Assembly (NCBI GenBank): GCA_964527685.1
Contig: CAZGOC010000002.1
Span: 16,717-80,716, forward strand
DNA from: an uncultured Candidatus Peribacteria bacterium
Lineage (GTDB): Bacteria > Patescibacteriota > Gracilibacteria > BD1-5 > UBA6164
DNA: 64,000 nt
Reading direction: 5' to 3'
Shown here: positions 1 to 9,066 of the stretch, in pieces
Layout of the letters: each line of letters starts with the position of its first letter
Numbering within the stretch: position 1 is the stretch's first letter
Translations under genes and position numbers: made by a program
Notes under the pieces: model-generated
Told to the model about the DNA's origin: nothing
The model's input: the letters and a program-made list of their open reading frames with translations, nothing else
The model's database searches: none

Positions 1-1963
1 AGTTATATGTATAACAACTACTACTAGTTCAATTTACACTATTAGTATGAGTATAAATATTTCAAGCAAAATCTTTTACTTTTACAAGATTTGCAGATAT
101 AGTATAACTTGTGTTTGAAAAAGTGATTGTATTTCAAGCTTGCCAAGTTGCTCATCAATCAAAACTATAAGGAGTAGAATGCAATCATATAACATCACTA
201 GCTCAATTTATAGTAAAAGTTATACTATTACAAGCAGAACTTGAAGATGTTACACTTGTTATAGTAGGTGGTGTAACGTCAGAACAACTTCAAGAAACAG
301 AAGAAAAGTCTAAAGTCAAATTATTAGGTCAATTAGTACTTGTTATACAAGAAAAATTAGTTCTAGAAGCAGTAATATTTTGACAATTAGTTCAATAATC
401 AGCTTGAATAGAAAAATTTCAATTTGTGTCAGCAATAGTTGATTTACCACATCAAGTTATGGTAGCTCAGTTAGCATTAACTCAAAAAGTTCAACTAACA
501 GTATATGTATTTGTTATACAATTTGATAAACTTGTTGATCAAATTGGTGAAGAAGTTCATACAGGACAAGGTGTTTTTACTCAAGCAGTACAATAATTAT
601 TTACTTCACATTGTGTTTGAGTTGTTCTAGTTGTAGAAGTTCATCAAGAAGTATAATATCAAGCAGTTACAGTATTACAACTTGTTTGTCATGTTAGAGA
701 TTGGTATTTATCATCTCATCAACAAGCTGTTTGAGAAGTTTGTCATTGATTTGCTACATAATATCATGCTGAAGCAGCTATACAATCACTTCAATTCCAA
801 TAATATCATGCTTGACATATGAAATGACAAACTCATGATTGTACATCATGAAACCATGATATATTATATTGTTGAGTTCAATTTATTTGAGAATAAATAG
901 GTCTTGAATCTTTACATAAATTTTCATTACAAGTATTATTATTTGAGTCAAATACATAACTTCAACAATCTATACTTTCTGATGAATAAGTTAAATTATT
1001 ATTAATACAATTTGCAGTAATACTTGAAGTTCAGTTTGTTATAGATTTTGAGACTATTACTCAAGAACCATGTAATATAACTGGAATAGTATATCAACTA
1101 TAATTTCTTGAATTACAGTTTAGTGCAGTTTTTGGACTACAAGTATCAAATTTATAACTATCATCTCAACTTAAAACTCCATTAGTACATTTTCTAGTTA
1201 TTCAACTACAGGTTTCATTATATTCAACATTTTCTTTATTATATCAAATAGTTTGCCATCAACTTTGAATTAAAGTATTTCATAATACACATGAGTTTTG
1301 TATTATACTTATATTTGTTAATAAATCTGTTCAGGTTCAGGTAATAGTTCAACTATTTGAAGATTCATTTGTGAATTGAACTATATATGTTCATGTATTT
1401 GACAATAAATCTAAACTTCAAGTATTAAATAATTCTTGAATAGGTTTATTTGTTTCATTATCTAAAAATATTCAAACTTTATCTCAAATAGTGTATAGAT
1501 ATCTATCTAAATAATTACTATCACTAGCATAAGTTTTTAGAAAATTATATGAAAAAAAATATTGATTTTTTTCTTCTAGAAATGTTCATAATTGTTTTTT
1601 AGTTTTGTTTTTATTTAGAGTGTATAGGTATTTTGTATTATCTAGAGGATCAATTACTTCTTTGTTTATTCTTATTACTCTTTGAATATCTGTTCAAGCG
1701 TATCATTGATATCATACTCAGATGATGTCTGTATATTCATCTGGGGTTGGATAATTTCAAGATTGAACATTGTATATATCAAGTCAAGTTTCAATATTTT
1801 TTAGAGTTGTAACTCTTACTGAATCTCTTGCTCATTTTTTATAGTTTTGAAAAGATATGAATGATATTGTTGCTAGGATTGCTAGAATTGTGATAACAAC
1901 TATTAGTTCTACGAGGGTGAAACCTGATTTTATTTTTTTGTTAGAGATGTTTTGACAAAACAT
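1..1963 (-). CDS. Giant type IV pilin-like (pseudopilin) protein; its 3' end runs off the left edge of the window
   Basis: With TGA=Gly the minus-strand frame is open from nt 2 to 2023 (checked codon by codon; no TAA/TAG). N-terminus ..NKKIKSG/FTLVELIVVITILAILATISF is a class III prepilin signal (G|F cleavage site, Glu+5, hydrophobic helix). The remainder is Cys/Gly/Thr/Ser-rich. Start taken at the ATG at 1961-1963; alternative in-frame ATGs end at 1996 and 2023. Confidence 0.8.
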
Positions 1964-2069
1964 CTCTAACTCTACAGTTTTTTCTGATTTTTTCATAAAA
2001 AAATATTTAAAGTGTATAAACATTCAGGATTATATTTTTCTTTTTAGTTTTTACAAGTTTTTTTTGAAA

Positions 2070-2414
2070 TTATAATCCAAATTCATCTAGTAATCTACAA
2101 TTATTACAAATTCAAGCATAAATTTCTAATTTATCAATACTTTTTAAACTTTCAACTAAAACTTTTATTTGAGTTAAGTCATCATTTGAATCTTTTAATT
2201 CTAATGGATTTTTAATAACTTGATACAAATAATCCCTATATTCTCTTTTTTCTTTTATTCAAAAATTATTAAATTTATCCAAAAAACTTTGTTTTTTTTC
2301 ATTCTCTCATTTTGAATTTAATCTTTCTTCTAAATATAACTCTAAAGAAAGTTTTAACTCTTTTTTCATATTTTCAAATCAGCCAATTTGTTCATTTTCG
2401 ATTATTCCATTCAT
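2070..2414 (-). CDS. Hypothetical protein (114 aa)
   Basis: ATG (rc) at 2412-2414, TAA at 2070-2072, 115 codons counted, four in-frame TGA. MNGIIENEQIGGFENMKKELKLSLELYLEE.. No recognisable family. Confidence 0.5.
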
Positions 2415-2522
2415 ATCTTTAAATTAATATGTATAAATTAATACTATCAAATTTTATCATAAAAACTTTTTTTTTGCAAAAAATATATATACTTAAACTT
2501 AATAATTTTTAATATATCTTTT

Positions 2523-3215
2523 ATGTTTATAGTAATTGATGGAATTGATGGAAGTGGGAAGGGAACTCAAGTTGAGATTTTAAGAAAACATTTTGAATGA
2601 ATAGGGAAAAAAGTAAAAATACTTGATTATCCAAGGTATTGATATGCATCTTCTTTTATGGTTCAAAAATACCTCAATGGAGAATATGGAAAAACTCTTT
2701 CTCCAAAATTAGCATCTATTTTTTATGCTATTGATAGATATGATTCTATGATGGATAAAAAATATGTTGATTTTGATAGTTATGATTATATTATTTCCAA
2801 TCGTTATGTTTCAGCTAATATGATACATCAAACAGGGAAAATTGAGGATGATAATGAGGCAAAAGAATTTTTAGATTGGCTTTATGATTTGGAATACAAT
2901 ATTTTTTGAATACCAAAGCCAGATAAAGTAATTTTTTTAAATGTGACACCAGAAGTAAGTCAGAATCTTGTTTTAAAAAAAGAAAAAAGAGAATATTTAA
3001 AAGATGGGAAAAAAATGGATCTTCACGAAGAAGATATCAATCACTTACAAAATGCTTGGGATAAAGCTATGAAAGTAGTAGAAATGTATGATGATTGGGT
3101 AAAAATTGATTGTGTTGAAAATGGAGAAATTTTACCAATAGAAGAAATAACACAAAAGATATTATCTGAAATTTCTTCTGTGGAGAATAAAAATCAACTC
3201 ATTTTAGATATATAA
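2523..3215 (+). CDS. tmk: Thymidylate kinase
   Basis: MFIVIDGIDGSGKGTQVEILRKHFEG.. has the P-loop GIDGSGKGT. It joins track ORFs 2658-2909 and 2943-3215 (same frame) through in-frame TGA codons such as DYPRYG and NIFGIPKPD. Confidence 0.9.
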
Positions 3216-3219
3216 AATC

Positions 3220-3579
3220 ATGAAAAAATCTTGAGATAAAGCTGAAATTTTGGCTATTGAGTATTTAAAAAAGAACTCATATAAATTACTTGAAACAAAT
3301 TTTAAATTTTCTATATTTTGAGAAGTTGATTTGATTTGTGAAAAAGATGATCTCATAGTTTTTATAGAAGTAAAATATAGAAGTAGTGATAAATTTGGTA
3401 CTTGAGAGGAGAGTATAACAAAAAATAAACTTTTTAAGTTGCAAAAAACGATTGAATATCGGTGTGTTTGACATCATATTAATTTTGAGAAAATTCGTTT
3501 TGATGTTATTTCTATTACAAAAGGGGAGAAAAGTTATAAATTAATTCATTATAAAAATCAATCATTATGAAAACTATAA
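3220..3579 (+). CDS. YraN/UPF0102 family endonuclease
   Basis: MKKSGDKAEILAIEYLKKNSYKLLETNFK..GEVDLICEKDDLIVFIEVKYRSSDKFG matches the YraN signature (GE.DLI .. FVEVK.R). Its 3' end overlaps gpsA by 13 nt. Confidence 0.75.
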
Positions 3580-4511
3580 TTATCTGAGTTTGAGCATTTT
3601 GATTTGCTGTATTAAATCATATTTCAAAAAATCATCCAAATACAGAATTTTTTGCTTACGAAAAAGATGAATTTGTTTTACAACATTTGAAAAATGTATG
3701 AGAAAATCCATATTTTTTTTCTTGAGTAAAATTAGAAAAAAATGTTATTTTCTTAGATAATTTAGAAAGATTAAGAGAATTTGACTTGATAATTATTGCT
3801 ATACCAGCACAATTTGTTGGAGATTTTGTATGAAATATAAAAAATAATTTAAAATCTTGAGTTACTTTTTTAAATCTTTCAAAATGAATTGATAATAAAA
3901 CTTTGCAAACTCCAAGTGATATATTAGCAGAAAAATTATGAGATTTTCAGTATAATTATGCTATTTTATCTGGGTGAATGATTGCAAGTGAACTTGTGGA
4001 AGAAAAGATTCTATGAGCACAAATTGGATGTAAAAATGAAGAATTATTAGAAAATTTACAATATCTTTTTGAAAATAAAAATCTTAAAATTTCTCTTTCA
4101 AAAAATATCAAAAATATCGAACTTTTTGGAAGTATAAAAAATATTTTTGCACTTTATATATGATACCTTGAGTGAAGTTGACTTTGAATGTCATCGATTT
4201 GATATTATTTTTGTGAACTTTATAAAGAGCTCCCAGAATTACTCAAAAGTTTGTGAGGAGAGGAAAATATACATTTTTCAGATTTTTCTCTTGGGGGAGA
4301 CTTAATTGCTACTTGTTTTGGAAACTCTAGAAATAGATATTTTTGAAATTTGGTAGGGAAGTGAAAGACTGTTTTTGAAGCAGAAATAATTTTAAAATCA
4401 GAAAAAAAACATGCAGAATGATATTATACACTTTTAGCAGTTAAAGATATAATTTTGAAAAACGAAAAATTAAAAGAATTTTGAAAAATAGTAGAAATTT
4501 TTACCAAATAA
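3567..4511 (+). CDS. gpsA: NAD(P)H-dependent glycerol-3-phosphate dehydrogenase
   Basis: MKTIIIGVGAFGFAVLNH.. is a Rossmann N-terminus. Also ..SLGGDLIATCFGNSRNRYFGNLVGKGK.., with several conserved Gly encoded by TGA. 314 codons; start and stop frames agree. Confidence 0.9.
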
Positions 4512-4538
4512 AAACTCGCGAAGCGAGTTTTTATTTGG
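4504..4538. terminator. Bidirectional rho-independent terminator (perfect 16-bp stem, 3-nt loop)
   Basis: ccaaataaaaactcgc-gaa-gcgagtttttatttgg. Contains the gpsA stop and the stop of the convergent small ORF. A/T runs on both sides. Confidence 0.8.
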
Positions 4539-4818
4539 TAAATTTTCCAAAAATCTTTATATCATAATCATTGGCTTCAAATCATTTTGGGAGTATAAAA
4601 TCAGGAATTTTTTCTATATCCATATCGATAATATCTCCAGTTATTTCATCAATTAGATGAATATGAGGATGTTTTACTTTTTCAAAATAAGTTTTTTTTG
4701 AGGCTCAAATGACTTTTTTTAAAGATCATTTTTCAGCAAGTTCTTCGACATTTCTGTAGATAGATGAAAAAAAAGAGCTTAAAATGGATTTTTGAAGAAA
4801 TTGTGATATAAAACTCAA
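4531..4818 (-). CDS. Hypothetical small protein (possible TTG start)
   Basis: Open frame of 96 codons ending ..DYDIKIFGKFTK-TAA inside the terminator stem. No ATG near the 5' end; the first possible start is TTG at 4816-4818. Lies in a region of gene remnants. Confidence 0.25.
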
Positions 4819-5098
4819 CTATTTATCAGAAAATGCCAAGTTTTTCAAATTATGACAAAAATATCTCAATTCTCACGATACTTTTAATATTTTCAATTTC
4901 ATCCAAGACAAAAGAACGAAAATCAAAGATGAACAAATGAGATTTAAGAAAAGTTCAAAAACTCCTAAACAATTAAAAGATTATTTCTTTAAAAACTATT
5001 ATCCTACAAAAGAAGAAGATATTTTAAAATATTCAAACTGAAAACTTAAAAAAGATTTGATAGAAAGTTTAAAGATAGAAAAAGAGAAAGGTAAATAA
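4784..5098 (+). CDS. Hypothetical protein (104 aa)
   Basis: ATG at 4784 is the first ATG after an in-frame TAG at 4757. Ends ..KIEKEKGK-TAA at 5096-5098. Three in-frame TGA. No family recognised. Confidence 0.3.
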
Positions 5099-5167
5099 AA
5101 ATTTGTTTTACTTTTCTTTTTTTTCAGTAAAATCCACTTATTAAATTAAAAATAATTCTGCTTACTT

Positions 5168-5338
5168 ATGCCAAAAATAACATATTTTTTAAAAGATGAT
5201 GAAACTCTTGAAAAATTAAAAACTATCCTTGACGATAAAAATTTCAGTATCTCAAAATATTGAATAAAACAAAGTTATATAATTGAAAAATTAGAAAAAA
5301 ATCAAATATTCAGCTTTCATCAGCTTATAGGATTCTAG
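5168..5338 (+). CDS. Hypothetical small protein (56 aa)
   Basis: MPKITYFLKDDETLEKLKTILDDKNFSISKYGIKQSYIIEKLEKNQIFSFHQLIGF-TAG. Sits immediately upstream of the recombinase remnant. Confidence 0.3.
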
Positions 5339-5397
5339 CTTTTTATAATGATTACTATAAATCATATTTTAAAATTGAGGATGTGTTTAATAATAAA

Positions 5398-5855
5398 ATG
5401 TTAATGAATTATATTATAGAATATAAATTTGATTTTTATTTTAGCTCTGGTTGAGAAGCTGAGTCATATTTAAGAAGCTGAGTAAAAGTAGTAATGGGAA
5501 GTATTGAACATAAAGCCCCTTATGATTATGGAGTAGAAAAAGTAATTACTATAAATCCAATAAAAATAAAAGTCTTTGAGAAATAAAAAAAGCTCTTGAA
5601 TTAGAATGAGTAAAAACTAAAGATGATACTTTTTACGAATGAAAAGAAAGTGGATATAAAAATATAGTTTGAACTTGGAATACGACCTCAATTTCAAGAA
5701 TTTTACAAAATGAAATGTATTCTTGACTCTACTATTACTGAAAAAATGAAAAAGTAAATTGAAAAAAAGTTTGAGCTCCAAAAGAAAACTGGATTGCTTT
5801 TGAATGTCCTGCTATTTTAGAAGATAAAAGTATTTTTTATAAAGCTCAAGTGTAA
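5398..5855 (+). pseudogene. Large serine recombinase remnant (recombinase domain only, frameshifted)
   Basis: ..GSIEHKAPYDYGVEKVITINP.. ends at TAA 5584-5586. It resumes one frame over as ..KKALELEGVK..WNTTSISRILQNEMYSGLYYYGKN..WIAFECPAILEDKSIFYKAQV. This matches the PyGY and W....I..IL.N..Y.G motifs of the serine-integrase recombinase domain. The N-terminal resolvase catalytic domain and the C-terminal zinc-ribbon/coiled coil are both absent. Confidence 0.7.
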
Positions 5856-6033
5856 AACATATTAGTAAAAAAATAAAGACTTAAAAAGTCTGGGAATATG
5901 CAAAAATTTGTGTAAATAGAAATTTTGTATAAATATATATAGTAATTATAAGAAAAAATCTTTTAATTACTATTTTTTTTGTATTTATTTTTTCAGGTTA
6001 TGTTAAAGAACAATAAATAACCAATTAAATAAA

Positions 6034-6318
6034 CTAAAATCCCCCATCAAAATATATTTTAAACTGAGAATAAATTTTACCCCAGTGAGGAATGTTTCAA
6101 ATCCATTTTTTAGTAACATTTTTCATAGCTAAATATAAGGATTTTTCTAAAGAAGCATCAGTAGGGAAAATAGTCTTTGTTTTAGTATATTTTCTAAGTC
6201 ATCTATTAAATCCTTCAATAGAGTTAGTTGTATATATAATTCTTCTAATTTCATCAGGATAAGCAAACATAGTAGCTAAATTAGCCGTAGTGATTTTATG
6301 AAAATTTACTACACAATC
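6034..6318 (-). pseudogene. IS256-family transposase C-terminal fragment
   Basis: ..ANLATMFAYPDEIRRIIYTTNSIEGFNRGLRKYTKTKTIFPTDASLEKSLYLAMKNVTKKWIGNIPHWGKIYSQFKIYF.. matches the conserved IS256 C-terminus (YP.EIRR.IYTTN.IE..N..LRK.TK). About three quarters of a full transposase is missing upstream, and I saw no terminal inverted repeats. Confidence 0.75.
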
Positions 6319-6404
6319 TGAATGATTTGTACACTTAAATTTTAATTTGCAAATATTATTTTAAAAAATAAACTTAAGTTTGAGTTTATTTTTTTGTTTA
6401 TTTT

Positions 6405-8468
6405 ATGAAAAAAACTTGAATTTTAATCATAAGTTTATTTAGTTTAATCTTATTGTATCTTATATTTCCCTATTTTTTAAAAGTAGAACTTAAAAAAATA
6501 CCTCTTTCTACTATCATTTATGATGATAAAAATAATGAGATTTGAGAAATTATATTTGATAAAAAATACAGACACAGAGAAACTTCATTTAATGAAATCC
6601 CAGATTTTTTAAAAAATGCTTTAATATCTATTGAAGATAGAAGATTTTATTATCATTCTTGAATTGATTATATTTGAATTTTAAGAGCTTTTAAAAATAA
6701 TATTTTTGGTAATAGTTTGCAGTGAGCTTCAACAATTGATAATCAAGTTATTAGAAATAATTATTGGTTAAATGAAAATAGATGATATAAATTAAAAATA
6801 AAAGAATTTATATTATCACTTGCATTAAATAAAAAATACTCAAAAAATGAAATACTTAATTATTATTTAAATAGTATAAATTTTTGATATTTAAATTATT
6901 GAGTAGCATCTGCAAGCCATTTTTATTATAATAAAAATTTAAATAACTTAACAAAAGCAGAAGTGCTTTGACTTTTAACTATTATAAAAAATCCAAACAA
7001 ATACAATCCTATAACAAATTTAGCAAATTTTAATAAAAGATTTAAAATTTTAACTAATTATTTAGAAAAAAATTGAGTAATTACACTTCAAGAAAAAAAT
7101 AATATATTAGATGAAAAACTAAAGTTTTACTCTTGAGAAAAAAATAAATTACCTTATGTAATTGATTTTTTGAAAGCTTCCCATGCTTTGCTTCCCCCTC
7201 AGTTGAGGGGGATTAAGGGGAAGTTACATACAACTATAGATTTAAACTTAACTCAAAAAATAGATGAACTTGCTAAAAATTCTTTAAAAACTCTTGCTTG
7301 GAAAAATGTTTCTGATTATTCAATTATTATAGTAAATAGAGATACTCTTGATTTAAAAGTAATGATTTGATGAAACAATTATTGGAGTGAAAATGGTCAA
7401 GTAAATGGGAGTTTAGCTTTAAGACAACCATGAAGTGCACTAAAACCATTTATTTATTTAATGGCTTTTGAAAATCTACAAAAAACTCCTTCTTCAACTA
7501 TTCTTGATCTACCTGTTAGTTACATAACTGCTGATTGAAATATTTATGAACCAAAAAATTATTCACTTAATTATAAATGAGAAGTTACTTTAGCTGAAAG
7601 TCTTTCTCAAAGTATAAATATTCCAGCTGTAAAACTATTAAATGAAATTTGAATTTCAAACTTTATGAAATTTTTAAAAGAAGTTTGAATAACTAGTATA
7701 AATAAAAATGCTGATTATTATTGACTTTCTCTTGCTTTATGAAGTGCTGAAGTAAGTTTATATGAACTTACAAAAGCTTATACTATATTTGCAAAACAAG
7801 GGGAGTTTTGTGATATAAATTATATAAATACTTCTATATATTTACAAGACAAAGAGAATAAAAGCAAATGTAAAAAAATTACAGATAAAAAATATATTGA
7901 TATGGTAGAAGAAATTTTAACAAACAGATATTTTAAACTTGCTTGATTTCCTATTAATTCAAATCTTGATTTTCCAAATAGAGAAGTTTTTGTAAAAACA
8001 GGAACTTCAAGAAATTTTAGAGATAATTTAAGTATTTGATATACTTCAAACTATATCATTTGAGTTTGGGTTTGAAATAAAGATTGAAGTGAAATGAAAT
8101 GAGTTTCTTGAGCGAGTTGAGCTTGAGATATTTTCAGAAAAATAGTGTATGAACTTGATAACAAAGAGATAAAATCAAATATAGTTAATCTAAAAAAAGA
8201 TACAAAAAATTATATAAATATCACTTCCCCTTTAAATAAAAGTATATTTGAAATTAATCCAAGTATTCCTCTAAAAAATCAAGAGATAAAATTGTCTTTT
8301 TATACAAATATAGATTATGACAACTTTGATTGGTTTTTAGATAATAAAAAAATATCTTGAGAATTTTTAAATATAAAAAACTTAAGTGAAAAAAATAATT
8401 TAAAAGTTGAAATTTACAAAAACTGAGAAATAGTTGGAAGTGATGAAGTTTTGGTGGAGAAAAAATAA
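6405..8468 (+). CDS. pbpC: Bifunctional class A penicillin-binding protein, PBP1C type
   Basis: 687 codons joining track ORFs 7170-7370 and 8145-8360 in one frame. GT51 motifs: EDRRFYYHSGID, GASTI..Q, KNEILNYYLN. Transpeptidase motifs: SALKPF (SxxK), SQSIN (SxN), KTGTS. The C-terminal extension ..ITSPLNKSIFEINP..FDWFLDNKKISG..KVEIYKNGEIVGSDEV resembles the PBP1C C-terminal domain. N-terminal TM anchor. Confidence 0.85.
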
Positions 8469-8503
8469 AAGCCAAAAGGTTTTTAAAATTAAACTTTAAT
8501 TTT

Positions 8504-8803
8504 TTATTTATAATTTTTATAATCTGGTTTTCATTTTCTTTTAAAAAATTCTACAAATTCAAAACTATTATTATCTTTCACAAACAAAACAACTCTATAA
8601 GGAATAAATTTTACTCTAAAATAATTATTTCATAGATTTTTTACATCATAATTTTTAAAAAATTCCAAGTCTATTCAATTATTTTCCAAATATTTTTTAA
8701 GTTCTAAAACTTTTTTCAAAAGAGTTTTTTTATTTTCTGAATATTTTTGTAAATTTATTGCAAATTCTTTAGTTATAATAATGTTATTTCTTACATTTTT
8801 CAT
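8504..8803 (-). CDS. RelE/ParE-superfamily type II toxin
   Basis: 99 aa. ..NYFRVKFIPYRVVLFVKDNNSFEFVEFFKRKGKPDY.. fits the RelE/StbE-like C-terminal pattern (YR..y.v .. hRk..Y). It begins 2 nt after the antitoxin stop. Confidence 0.55.
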
Positions 8804-8804
8804 A

Positions 8805-8987
8805 TTATTTAAATCACAAAAATAAGTCATTTACCTCATCTTCTGATAAATAAGTATTTTTATTATTTTGATGTTTTTTTATAGCTAAATAATCTTCTAA
8901 ATCTTCTACTAAATCCAAATATTTGTCAATTAAAATATTTGCTTCATTATCTGTAATTCCAGATAATTTTTGTAATAAAGTTTCCAT
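8805..8987 (-). CDS. Type II antitoxin (partner of the RelE-like toxin)
   Basis: 60 aa, acidic: METLLQKLSGITDNEANILIDKYLDLVEDLEDYLAIKKHQNNKNTYLSEDEVNDLFLGFK. Position, size and the two-gene operon architecture are typical of an antitoxin. Confidence 0.5.
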
Positions 8988-9037
8988 ATTTTTAAAAATT
9001 AATTTTTAAAATTTATTTCATTATAAGCTTATTTACA

Positions 9038-9066
9038 AAAAATCAAGACCTTCGGTCTTGATTTTT
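9038..9066 (-). terminator. Rho-independent terminator downstream of the A2M gene
   Basis: aaaaatcaagacc-ttcg-ggtcttgattttt. GC-containing stem with a TTCG loop, immediately 3' of the TAG at 9067-9069. Confidence 0.75.

Noticed and set aside
5876-5893. Hairpin agactt-aaa-aagtct after the recombinase remnant as a terminator.
   Set aside because: It has a 6-bp stem, a 3-nt loop and no trailing T tract, which is too weak to report as a feature.
8254-8475. Track ORF 8254-8475 (-).
   Set aside because: It is antisense to the PBP1C C-terminal domain.
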